A program made the translations under genes and the position numbers. From the NCBI GenBank assembly GCA_044869805.1, contig JBIOXV010000005.1, positions 64,034 to 128,033 of the forward strand: DNA of 64,000 nt, written 5' to 3'. The DNA is from Thermoanaerobaculia bacterium (GTDB lineage Bacteria > Acidobacteriota > Thermoanaerobaculia > Multivoradales > SZUA-115). The stretch's first letter is position 1. Every line of letters starts with the position of its first letter. Shown here piece after piece: positions 9,339 through 18,148 of the stretch. The notes below the pieces were generated by a model. The model searched no databases. It saw only the letters and a program-made list of their open reading frames with translations, and had not been told where the DNA came from.

Positions 9339-10088
9339 ATGCTCGGGGCCGCCTTTGTCTACCTCGGCCTCACCCTGCTCTTCGTCGGCGGCGTGTCGAT
9401 CTTGAAGCCGCTGCGCTTGCTGGCCATCCGCAGCCGGCTCCACGGCGCTCTCGTCGCAACCTCGGGGCTCGCCGCCCTGCTGGTGGGCATCGTCCTGCCC
9501 GCGCCCGCGATCCGGGTGAGCGAGCCGCGCCATAGGCTGGACGAGATCATCCCCGAGTACCAGTTCTCGGAGCACCACTCGCTGGTGGTCCAGGCGCCGC
9601 CGTCTCGCGTCGCAGCCGCCACCCGGGAAGTCACCGCTCGCGAGATCCGCCTTTTCCGCTTCTTGACCTGGCTGCGGGCCCCACGCCTCGGCGAGAGAAG
9701 AGAGTCGATCCTCAATCCGTCGCCCGATCGACCGATCCTAGAAGTCGCCCTCTCCTCGGGCTTCGTGCCGCTCGCCGAGGTGGAGGATCGTGAGATCGTC
9801 TTCGGGACCCTGGTGATCGCTCCCCCCGGCTTCCGGCGGGACAGCATCGCCACCACCGGGGACTTCGCCATACTCCGCGATCCCGGCTACGCCAAGGCGG
9901 TGATGAACTTCCACTACGCCGCTCGTGGCGACGGCTCGACCCTGCTCGAGACCGAGACCCGCGTCTTCGCCACCTCGGCCGACGCCCGCCGCCGCTTCGC
10001 CCCGTACTGGCGGCTCATCTACCCCGGCAGCTCGCTGATCCGCCGGATGTGGCTTGAGGCGATCCGCAAGCGGGCAGTGATCGGCTGA
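9339..10088 (+). CDS. Hypothetical membrane-anchored protein
   Basis: GGAGG 5 nt upstream of the ATG. Two N-terminal TM helices, then a soluble domain of about 170 aa. No confident family. Confidence 0.55.
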   Translation: MLGAAFVYLGLTLLFVGGVSILKPLRLLAIRSRLHGALVATSGLAALLVGIVLPAPAIRVSEPRHRLDEIIPEYQFSEHHSLVVQAPPSRVAAATREVTAREIRLFRFLTWLRAPRLGERRESILNPSPDRPILEVALSSGFVPLAEVEDREIVFGTLVIAPPGFRRDSIATTGDFAILRDPGYAKAVMNFHYAARGDGSTLLETETRVFATSADARRRFAPYWRLIYPGSSLIRRMWLEAIRKRAVIG

Positions 10089-10250
10089 TCCTCGGGCTGC
10101 AAGGGACTGGCGACTCCATCCATCTTTTTCTAACAGGCCATGGACCTGGTCATATACCGGCAACTCTCCTGTCGGAAGGCTCTGATTGATGTCCGTCTAA
10201 GGGACTTGGATTGAGTCGAGCACTGGCCCGACGGACCAAAGGAGAGCCGG

Positions 10251-10931
10251 ATGAGAACCGAACGAAGAGTCTCGGCGGCGGGTGTCGCGCTAACGCTGAT
10301 CCTCTCGATGCTGGCAGCCTCTGAGGTTGGCGCAGAGGTCACGCTGACCCCGCGACAGGACGAAATCAAAGACAGCGAAGACAGCGCGCAGGACGCCGCT
10401 TCCCCCGAGGAACTCGCCCAAAAGGAGGCCGCTCTGAACAGCTTCCTCGGCTTCGACTGGAGCGCTGGGATCGCGGTCACTGGCGACTTCACCAGCGAGC
10501 GCCGGATCGACGACGCTGAGCTGGTGAATGGCGTAGTGCGGGTCAAGGACGAGTCTCGATATCTGCCCCGCATCATGCTCGAAGCACACTACCTCTTCCG
10601 CTCCTGGGGAGATCAAAAGATCGACCGAGCCCTGCGAGCCGACGGCAAGACGTACTTCGTCACCAAGGGGCATGGGCCCTTCGTAGCGATTCAGTCGAGC
10701 GACAAGCAGGCCCTCGATTCTTTCGCCGCGGGCTACCTCTTCGGCTGGCGTCCAGACTCTACCAAGGAATGGTCATTCGTCATGGGGGCCGGAGCGGTTC
10801 TCGATCCCAACGTTCAGATCCTCGGTGACGGGATCCAGGCCAACCAGGCGCTCCCCGAAGGAGAGACGGCGATCCGGTACAAGAAAGTGGACCGCTGGGG
10901 CTGGATGCTGATGTTCTCGTTCAAGCTCTGA
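10251..10931 (+). CDS. Secreted hypothetical protein, lower GC than the surroundings
   Basis: AAGGAGAG RBS. Signal peptide (LTLILSMLAASEVGAEV). C-terminus ends in aromatic-rich ...MLMFSFKL. GC is about 58% against a roughly 70% background. Confidence 0.6.
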   Translation: MRTERRVSAAGVALTLILSMLAASEVGAEVTLTPRQDEIKDSEDSAQDAASPEELAQKEAALNSFLGFDWSAGIAVTGDFTSERRIDDAELVNGVVRVKDESRYLPRIMLEAHYLFRSWGDQKIDRALRADGKTYFVTKGHGPFVAIQSSDKQALDSFAAGYLFGWRPDSTKEWSFVMGAGAVLDPNVQILGDGIQANQALPEGETAIRYKKVDRWGWMLMFSFKL

Positions 10932-11009
10932 GGCCGGGCGCCATCTGCTGCCGTCGGCCCTTGCCTCCTTACGAGCGGGGCGATACTCTCTCCGCCGTAA
11001 GGAGGAATC

Positions 11010-11306
11010 ATGGCGGTCAGCACTCTCACCTCCAAAGGTCAGCTCACCGTCCCACGAGAGGTCCGGGAACGGCTTGGGGTTTCGCAAGGCGACCGGATCA
11101 CTTTCCGCTTCGACGAGCATGGACGGCTGTTCCTGGAGCCGGAGAAGACCAGCGAGGGCCCGAGGATCTCTGGTCTGCTCCGACATCTGGCTCCCAGTCG
11201 CGCCGTGACCGTCGAGGAGATGGACGAGGGCATCGCCGAGTACGTGTCTCTCAAGGCCGAGGCGATTCGCACGAAGGGACGCTTCGATCCCGAGACGGAC
11301 GTTTGA
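11010..11306 (+). CDS. vapB: Type II antitoxin, AbrB/MazE/SpoVT family (VapB-like)
   Basis: N-terminal swapped-hairpin motif MAVSTLTSKGQLTVPREVRERLGV. Overlaps the downstream PIN gene start by 1 nt. Confidence 0.8.
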   Translation: MAVSTLTSKGQLTVPREVRERLGVSQGDRITFRFDEHGRLFLEPEKTSEGPRISGLLRHLAPSRAVTVEEMDEGIAEYVSLKAEAIRTKGRFDPETDV

Positions 11307-11704
11307 TGATCGCCGTCGACACCAACGTCCTGCTGCGCCTTCTGATCCATGACGACGCCCGCCAGAAGGAGACTGTCGATCGCTTGCTGCAAGCTGCGCG
11401 GGAGCAGGGTGAGGTTTGCTTGGTGAGCAACCCGGTCCTCTGCGAGATCGAATGGGTCTTGACGAGGACCTATCGCGCAAAGCGCAGGGACTGCGCGGTC
11501 GCGTTCCAAGGGTTGCTCGAAGATCCCTTCTTCGTCTTCGAGGATCGCAGTGCCGTCGGCCGGGCGCTGGTCCTCTTTCAAGAAGGCAGAGCCAGCTTTG
11601 CGGACTACCTGATCGGCGAGATCGGACAGACACAGGAAGCGCGGACGACTCTTACGTTCGATCGCGACCTGGCTGGTCATCCGGGGTTCACGGTACTCGG
11701 TTGA
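11306..11704 (+). CDS. vapC: PIN-domain ribonuclease toxin VapC
   Basis: MIAVDTNVLLRLL... with the acidic PIN residues (D5, E, D near the C-terminus). The ATG at 11306 overlaps the vapB stop (TGATG). Confidence 0.8.
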   Translation: MIAVDTNVLLRLLIHDDARQKETVDRLLQAAREQGEVCLVSNPVLCEIEWVLTRTYRAKRRDCAVAFQGLLEDPFFVFEDRSAVGRALVLFQEGRASFADYLIGEIGQTQEARTTLTFDRDLAGHPGFTVLG

Positions 11705-11757
11705 CCGCTGCGCCATCTCTCAACCCTCACCCAAACTCCGATGCCCAGGAGACTTCC

Positions 11758-13500
11758 ATGCCTCGAGCCCCTCGGCCCCCCGCTTTACTGTTCCTCGCTC
11801 TGCTCCTCGGCACGGTGATGCCAGCCGGCGCTGAAGGGCCAGCGGACCTCCGCTTCAGCGTCACCTACGACGCCGCGCTCTCCTCGGCGCCGCTCGACGG
11901 GCGGCTGCTGTTGCTGATCGCGAAGCAAGCCGAGCCCGAGCCGCGGCTGCAAGTGGCGGCGGGAGTGCGCGCGATCGAGGTGCTGGGGATCGACGTCGAC
12001 GGCTGGAAGGCGGGCGAAGCCGCGGTGATCGACGGAGGCGTGTTCGGCTACCCCGTGGCGAGCCTCGCGGACCTGCCGGCCGGGGACTACTCCGTGCAGG
12101 CGGTGCTCCACCGCTACGAGACCTTCCGCCGCGCCGACGGCCACGCGGTGAAGCTGCCCATGGACCGCGGCGAGGGCCAGCACTGGAACCTGGCACCGGG
12201 CAACCTGCTTTCGCAGCCGATGCCCGTCAAGCTCGACCCGGCGAAGGGCGGCAACGTCGCCGTGAAGCTCTCCTCCGCGATCCCGCCGATCGAGCCGCCT
12301 AAGGACACCAAGTATGTCCGCCACCTGAAGATCCAGAGCAAGCTGCTCTCCGACTTCTGGGGCCGGCCCATGCACCTGGGCGCGCACGTGCTGGTGCCGG
12401 AGGGCTTCGACGATCACCCGGAGGCGCGCTACCCGCTGATCGTCTTCCACGGCCACTTCCCGGAGGACTTCGGCGGCTTCCGCGAGGAGCCGCCCGACCC
12501 CAACCTGGAGCCGGACTACAGTGAGCGCTTCGGAATCCACGGCTACAACCGCATCCAGCAGCAGGAGGCTCATGCCTTCTTCAAGCAGTGGACAAGCCCC
12601 GGCTTTCCGCGTCTGCTGATCGTCGAGATCCAGCACGCCAACCCCTACTACGACGACTCTTACGCCGTGAACTCGGCCAACCTCGGGCCCTACGGTGACG
12701 CCATCAACCACGAGCTGATCCCGGAGATCGAGCGCCGCTTCCGGGGCCTCGGCGAGGGCTGGGCGCGCTTCACCTACGGCGGCTCGACCGGCGGCTGGGA
12801 GGCGCTGGCGACGCAGGTCTTCTACCCCGAGATGTACAACGGCTGCTTCGCCGCCTGCCCCGACCCGATCGATTTCCGCGCCTATACGCAGGTCAACGTC
12901 TACGAGGACGACAACGCCTACTACCGCCGCGGCCCCTTCGCCACCGTCAAGCGCCCCGGCCACCGCAACTACCTGGGCCAGGTGGACGTCACGCTCGAGG
13001 ACTACAACCACCTGGAGCTGGTGCTGGGCGAGAAGAGCCGCTCCGGCGACCAGTTCGACATCTGGGAGGCGGTGTACTCGCCGGTCGGGCCGGACGGCTA
13101 CCCGAAACGCATCTGGGACAAGCGCACCGGCGTGATCGACAAGGAGGTCGCGGCCCACTGGCGCGAGCACTACGACCTGCGCCACATCCTGGAACGCGAC
13201 TGGGCCAAGCTGGGGCCGAAGCTCACGGGCAAGATCCACGTCTACTGCGGCGACATGGACAACTACTACCTCAACAACGCCGTCTACCTGATGGAGGACT
13301 TCCTGGAGAAAACCACCGAGCCGTACTACGGCGGCGAGGTGGACTACGGCGACCGCGCCGAGCACTGCTGGAACGGCGATCACGCGAACCCCAACTACCT
13401 CTCCCGGCTGCGCTACAACACCCTGTACGTGCCGAAGATCCTGAAGCGCATCGAACAGAGCGCGCCGGCGGGCGCGGACCTCAAGAGCTGGAGGTACTGA
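11758..13500 (+). CDS. Secreted alpha/beta-hydrolase esterase (enterochelin-esterase-like / putative esterase family)
   Basis: Start chosen at MPRAPRPPALLFLALLLG (signal peptide), in frame within the longer track ORF. Esterase-family core FHGHFPEDFGG ... YGGSTGGWEALATQVFYPEMYNGCFAACPD. Confidence 0.75.
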   Translation: MPRAPRPPALLFLALLLGTVMPAGAEGPADLRFSVTYDAALSSAPLDGRLLLLIAKQAEPEPRLQVAAGVRAIEVLGIDVDGWKAGEAAVIDGGVFGYPVASLADLPAGDYSVQAVLHRYETFRRADGHAVKLPMDRGEGQHWNLAPGNLLSQPMPVKLDPAKGGNVAVKLSSAIPPIEPPKDTKYVRHLKIQSKLLSDFWGRPMHLGAHVLVPEGFDDHPEARYPLIVFHGHFPEDFGGFREEPPDPNLEPDYSERFGIHGYNRIQQQEAHAFFKQWTSPGFPRLLIVEIQHANPYYDDSYAVNSANLGPYGDAINHELIPEIERRFRGLGEGWARFTYGGSTGGWEALATQVFYPEMYNGCFAACPDPIDFRAYTQVNVYEDDNAYYRRGPFATVKRPGHRNYLGQVDVTLEDYNHLELVLGEKSRSGDQFDIWEAVYSPVGPDGYPKRIWDKRTGVIDKEVAAHWREHYDLRHILERDWAKLGPKLTGKIHVYCGDMDNYYLNNAVYLMEDFLEKTTEPYYGGEVDYGDRAEHCWNGDHANPNYLSRLRYNTLYVPKILKRIEQSAPAGADLKSWRY

Positions 13501-13501
13501 A

Positions 13502-13530
13502 AGACGGCCGGCACAGGTCCGGCCGTCTTC
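13502..13530. terminator. Bidirectional stem-loop terminator between convergent genes
   Basis: AGACGGCCGG-cacaggt-CCGGCCGTCT 10-bp perfect stem immediately after the esterase stop and 75 nt after the convergent gene. Confidence 0.5.
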
Positions 13531-13604
13531 CTCCGACGAGGGCAAGCGCAAAGCAGCCAGTCGGATCGAAGGGTCACGCCGTGAAATACCCTTGACAGCA
13601 GCAG

Positions 13605-14339
13605 CTAGAGAGCCAACACTGCCGCCGACAGATCCACCACCCACGCTCCCGGCACGCGGGCCTCGACCACCAGGCGCGCGAGGTTGAGCCATCGCGGGCA
13701 GCGGTCGAGGATGGCGCTGTCGGCGGTAGCGACGACCGCCGGCGAGGCGGCGAGCTCGCGGTCCGGGCTCACCGCCAGCTCCACCTGCCACGGCCAGCCG
13801 CGGGCCTCGGCCGTGGCCTCGATCAGCGCCTTGAGGCGCCCGCTGTTCGAGATCGGCCGGTCGAGCAGCCAGGAGACGCCGGCGGGGCCCAGCCCGGCGA
13901 GATAGCCGCCGATCTCCTCGAGGCCGGGCAGGGTCTGGCTCACGCGGCGGTAGTGGCCCGAGATCGAGGCCATGTCGCGCATCGTGCCGTCGCGGCCCAG
14001 CAGCACCACGCCGCCGCCGAGCGCCACCTCCACGGTGACCAGCAGGTTGTAGCCGTCGACGGCGAGCTCCTGGCCGGCCAGGGCCTCGGGTCCGACCCGC
14101 CGCTGCTCGCGCCGGGCACGATCCTCGTCGCTCGCCGCCACGCGTTGCAGGGCGATGCGCTGGCGGGCCCGCAGCGCGTGGCGGTCACCGACCAGGGTGA
14201 GGGCCGCCGCCTTCGAGTAACCGCGCGATAGCAGCCAGCACAGCTCCTCGGCCGCCGCGCGCAAGGTGGGGAGATGCTGCGGCGCAAACTCCTCGGCGTC
14301 CTTGGGGTGGGCGCCGCGGTTGGTGCGGCGGTCGGGCAT
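13605..14339 (-). CDS. Hypothetical protein, DUF434/DUF5616-like
   Basis: 244-aa ORF with coherent codon usage. Weak recollection of DUF434-type motifs (DGYNLLVTVEVALGGG...LGRDGTMRDMA). The overlapping + strand ORFs are artefacts. Confidence 0.45.
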   Translation of the reverse strand: MPDRRTNRGAHPKDAEEFAPQHLPTLRAAAEELCWLLSRGYSKAAALTLVGDRHALRARQRIALQRVAASDEDRARREQRRVGPEALAGQELAVDGYNLLVTVEVALGGGVVLLGRDGTMRDMASISGHYRRVSQTLPGLEEIGGYLAGLGPAGVSWLLDRPISNSGRLKALIEATAEARGWPWQVELAVSPDRELAASPAVVATADSAILDRCPRWLNLARLVVEARVPGAWVVDLSAAVLAL

Positions 14340-14470
14340 GGAGCCATCATCCCATGCCGCTCAGGGCGGCCTCGCCCAACTCTCCCCGTTGCAACCCGCA
14401 CCCGGTTTCGCCGTATCCTCAAGGCCATGGGAGCCGCCTCGCGCGGCGTCCGCCGCCCCTTGCCCCGACC

Positions 14471-16672
14471 ATGAGCCTGCGCAGCAAGCTGATCCTCGCC
14501 TTCCTCCTGCTCTCGGTGGTGCCGCTCTCGGCGCTGGTCCTCTACTCCTACCTCAACTCGACCGCGACTCTGCGGCGCGTCGCGTTCGAGGAGTCGACCG
14601 AGCTCGCCTCGGAGATGAAGGAGCGGATGAGCCTGGTAAAGGACGATCTCGCCCGCCGTGTGCGCCGCCTCGGGCGGCTGCCGCTGGGAGAGCTCGCGGC
14701 CCACGATGGCGGCGGGGACGGGCGCCGCGCCCTGCTCGCCGAGGTCGAGGCCGCCTTCGGCGAGGTCGCCCCCTTCGTCGAAGCCCTGGAGTTCGTGCCT
14801 CGGGAGGCGCCCGAAGCGCCGTCTTCGCTCGCGATGCCCCCGCCCCCGGCCGCCGCTCCCGTGGCCCCGGTCCCCCCCGCTCCCCGCGCGCCGCGGCCGC
14901 CCCGCACCCCGCGCGTGGCCGGGGCAGCGGCGGTGACGCCGCTGCCCGAGGTCGGGGTGGAGCACGCCGAGAGGGCGATGAGCCACCTGGTGATCCGGCT
15001 CGACTCGCCGGCCCGGACCGCGGGCGACGCGGAGCGCCGAGAGCTCGCGGCCGAGAAGGCGGAGAGGGTGCTGCTCCAGGACCTGATCGCCGCCCAGACG
15101 GACGCGGCCCTGAAGCTCGCCGGCAGGAGCCTCGAAGCATCGCTTCTCGCCGCGGCCCCGGTGGCGGGTGCCGCTCTCTCGCATTCCCTCGAGGCCGGCT
15201 TGCCGACCGTCGAGCCCGCGACGGGCCTCGATCCCGAGGCGCGCCGCGCCCTGGCCCAGAGGGCGGCCGAGTCGAAGAAGCTCCTCGGCCGCGACTTCAA
15301 CTGCCCGGTCGAGGCGAGCGGCAAGGCGATCGGCGCGCTCGAAGCGCGGGTGAGCGCCAAGCAGGTCCTGCACGCGGTGCTCGCCCTGTCGCGCCGCGAC
15401 CGCGGCGAGATCCCCTTCGCCCTCGACCCCGACGGTGCCGTCTACACCGCCAATCCCGCCGACCGTGCGACCCTCGAGCAGCTCCCGGTGCGCGGCGACC
15501 AGATGGGCAAGGTCAAGGCCGACGGCTGGGTGATGGTCAAGGTCAAAGACGCCGACTCCGGCCTGGTCTACGGCATCGCCAGCCCGCTGCAGCAGTCCCT
15601 GGTCGAGCTGCGCCGCACCGCGGCCCGCAACTTCGTGCTCGGCCTCGGCCTGATCGGCTTCGCGCTGGTGGGGATCGCGCCGCTGTCGCGCCGCATCACC
15701 CGCGAGCTCTCCGAGCTCGCCGAGGGCGCCCGCGCGCTCGCCTCCGGCAACCTCTCGGCGCGGGTGCCGGTGCGCACCAAGGACGAGGTGGGCCAGCTCG
15801 CCGCCAGCTTCAACCGCATGGCCGCCGACCTGGCCGAGCACCAGCGGCAGCTCATCGAGCAGCAGCGGCTGGCCCAGGAGCGGGAGATCGAGCGCCTGCT
15901 GCTCGCCACCGAGAACGAACGCAAGACCTGCGAGCTGGAAGAGGCGCGGCGCTTCCAGCTCTCGCTGCTGCCCAAGAAGCTGCCCGAGCACCCGCGCCTC
16001 GACCTCGCCGTCTTCATGCGCACGGCGACCGAGGTGGGCGGCGACTACTACGACTTCCTGCTCGGCGAGGGCGGCGCGCTGACCCTCGCGGTGGGCGACG
16101 CCACCGGCCACGGCGCCACTGCCGGCACGCTGGTGACGGTGGCGAAGAGCCTGTTCGTGGCCCGCGCCGCGGACTCGCCGCTCGCCGCCTTCCTGGGCGA
16201 GGCCAACCGGGCGATCAAGAGCATGGAGCTGGGCCGCATGGCCATGGCCCTGGCGCTCGCCAGGGTGGACGGCGGCCGCCTCACCCTGGCCGCCGCCGGC
16301 ATGCCGCCGGCGTTGGTCTACCGGGCGGCGACCGGCGCGGTCGACGAGCTCGCCGTGGAGGGCCTGCCCCTGGGCTCGCTCGCCGAGTGCACCTACCGCG
16401 AGGTGGAGACGGCGCTCGCGCCCGGCGACGCGGTGCTGCTGATGAGCGACGGCTTCCCCGAGCTCAGGGACGGGGCCGGCGAGCCGCTGGGGTACGCCCG
16501 CGCGCAGGCGATTTTCGCCGCCTCTGCGACGAAAGCCCCGGCCGACCTCATCGCCGACCTCGAGCACGCCGTCAGCAAGCGCAAGTCCGGCGCCCCGCCC
16601 GACGACGACGTGACCTTCGTGGCGATCAAAGTGCGCGGCTTCGGTATGCCATCGCCCCGGCAGCCGGCATGA
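14471..16672 (+). CDS. HAMP-domain PP2C-type serine phosphatase (SpoIIE/RsbU family)
   Basis: Start at MSLRSKLILAFLLLSVVPLSALVLYSY (TM). Second TM, then HAMP (LAEGARALASGNLSARVPVRTKDEVGQLAASFNRMAADL), a coiled coil, and a PP2C/SpoIIE core (EVGGDYYDF...GDATGHG...). Confidence 0.8.
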   Translation: MSLRSKLILAFLLLSVVPLSALVLYSYLNSTATLRRVAFEESTELASEMKERMSLVKDDLARRVRRLGRLPLGELAAHDGGGDGRRALLAEVEAAFGEVAPFVEALEFVPREAPEAPSSLAMPPPPAAAPVAPVPPAPRAPRPPRTPRVAGAAAVTPLPEVGVEHAERAMSHLVIRLDSPARTAGDAERRELAAEKAERVLLQDLIAAQTDAALKLAGRSLEASLLAAAPVAGAALSHSLEAGLPTVEPATGLDPEARRALAQRAAESKKLLGRDFNCPVEASGKAIGALEARVSAKQVLHAVLALSRRDRGEIPFALDPDGAVYTANPADRATLEQLPVRGDQMGKVKADGWVMVKVKDADSGLVYGIASPLQQSLVELRRTAARNFVLGLGLIGFALVGIAPLSRRITRELSELAEGARALASGNLSARVPVRTKDEVGQLAASFNRMAADLAEHQRQLIEQQRLAQEREIERLLLATENERKTCELEEARRFQLSLLPKKLPEHPRLDLAVFMRTATEVGGDYYDFLLGEGGALTLAVGDATGHGATAGTLVTVAKSLFVARAADSPLAAFLGEANRAIKSMELGRMAMALALARVDGGRLTLAAAGMPPALVYRAATGAVDELAVEGLPLGSLAECTYREVETALAPGDAVLLMSDGFPELRDGAGEPLGYARAQAIFAASATKAPADLIADLEHAVSKRKSGAPPDDDVTFVAIKVRGFGMPSPRQPA

Positions 16673-16696
16673 CGAACGCCGCAGACCCCCAGAAGG

Positions 16697-17656
16697 TCAT
16701 GGTGCCTTCTCTGTCTGCATCTCTCGATTCGGAGTTGGCCTGACTCTCCGGTGCAGCTTGATTCCGAGATCGATCAGCACGAAAGCGACGATGAGCGCCA
16801 TCAAGGACTTGGCCGTTCGATCGCCGCTCGGAGCGATGAGCACCGGACCATCCACGACGGTCCACACCATCACTGCGCAGGTGACCAGGCCCAGCCCCAT
16901 CTCGATGCGCCGCATCATGGCCGACCAGCGACCGTACACGATCACGGTGATGAACAAGGGGATATTGAGCAGGATGAGCGCAAGCAGGAAGGGAGCTTGG
17001 CGCTGGAGAAAGGTATCGGTGTAAGTGAGCGCCTCGTAAGCCGCAGGCGCCGCTCCACCGCCGAAAAGGACATCCAGCAACCTGCGCGGATCGAGGAGCA
17101 CGAACAGCCCGCACAGGATGCCGACGAGCCCCATCACCATGGCTGCGCGGCCCCCATGAATACGATCGCCCGCACGCGGCTTCCACTCTGAGGTCGGCGG
17201 CCATCGGCGGCGGGCCCACGAGGCCGCACCAAAGCCCACGACCAGCATACCCGGCCACCACAGGGAGGGGATCACCGTGGTTCCCCACCACTGGCCAAGG
17301 GCTCGGAGAAAGCCCCATCCGGAATCGATGGGTTGCCGCAGGCTCACCAACAGCCCCAGGAACCAGAGGATCGCCAGGCCGATGACAGCCGCTCGCAGAA
17401 AGGTGTGCCCGTCCGCTGGGTCGACGATGGTCAACGCCGGGCGATAGCGCGCGGCCACGTCCTCGGGCCGGCCGAAGGCGCGCAGGTACTCGGTCGCCAT
17501 GGCTGCATCGACGCCGCGCCCGGCGGCTTCGGCTTTGGCCTGCAACTCTTCGTTGATCAGTGCACGCAGCTCGAACGCCACGTCGTTGCGTTGCTTGCGT
17601 GGCAACTGCACGGCCACGTCGGTGACGTAGGACTCGATCACTTCATTCGCGTTCAT
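16697..17656 (-). CDS. DUF1700-like polytopic membrane protein (PadR-associated)
   Basis: N-terminal helical segment MNANEVIESYVTDVAVQLPRKQRNDVAFELRALINEEL, as in DUF1700/HAAS proteins. Multiple TM helices. Overlaps the upstream PadR gene by 14 nt. Confidence 0.55.
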   Translation of the reverse strand: MNANEVIESYVTDVAVQLPRKQRNDVAFELRALINEELQAKAEAAGRGVDAAMATEYLRAFGRPEDVAARYRPALTIVDPADGHTFLRAAVIGLAILWFLGLLVSLRQPIDSGWGFLRALGQWWGTTVIPSLWWPGMLVVGFGAASWARRRWPPTSEWKPRAGDRIHGGRAAMVMGLVGILCGLFVLLDPRRLLDVLFGGGAAPAAYEALTYTDTFLQRQAPFLLALILLNIPLFITVIVYGRWSAMMRRIEMGLGLVTCAVMVWTVVDGPVLIAPSGDRTAKSLMALIVAFVLIDLGIKLHRRVRPTPNREMQTEKAP

Positions 17657-17993
17657 TGTCGGCCTCTTTCAACAGTCGACCCATTGCGTCGTTCAAACCC
17701 TGCCATGACAAGGTGAGCTTCTCGAGCAACTCGCGGCCGTCCGCATTCAGCGAGTAGTAACGCCGTGGTGGCCCGTCCTCGATCTTCCACTCGCTCTTCA
17801 GCAAGCCTTGCGTTTCCAGGCGGCGCAGCAACGGATACAGGGTGCCCTCTTCGATGGGCATTCCCTGGTCCGCCAATGCCTGCCGCAGCTCATACCCGTA
17901 GCGCGGAGCGCGCAGTTGCGAGAGCGTGGCCAACACCACCACCCCGCGCCGTAGCTCGAGCTCCAGTTTTCCGAAGGCGTCCGCGTCACCCAT
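17643..17993 (-). CDS. PadR-family transcriptional regulator
   Basis: Winged-helix motif YGYELRQAL...GTLYPLLRRLETQGLL...RRYYSLN. Start taken at M13 (MGDADAF...) so that the upstream palindrome falls in the promoter. Confidence 0.7.
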   Translation of the reverse strand: MGDADAFGKLELELRRGVVVLATLSQLRAPRYGYELRQALADQGMPIEEGTLYPLLRRLETQGLLKSEWKIEDGPPRRYYSLNADGRELLEKLTLSWQGLNDAMGRLLKEADNERE

Positions 17994-18004
17994 GTCGCGC
18001 ACAG

Positions 18005-18023
18005 TACTATGCGCCGCATAGTA
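18005..18023. promoter_or_regulatory. Perfect 19-nt palindrome TACTATGCG-c-CGCATAGTA, candidate PadR autoregulatory operator
   Basis: Seen directly in the sequence, 12-30 nt upstream of the proposed PadR start. PadR-type operators are short inverted repeats. Confidence 0.4.
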
Positions 18024-18148
18024 TGTCAACCATGCTCTCCCCGTGGCTGGCGTCTCCCGCGCAGCCGGGGCCTTTCGCTGCCTTGGCGAGCTCTGTCTAA
18101 GTGCTAGAAAATAAGTCAGCTACAGGCAGTTCCATCCGACGACCGCGC

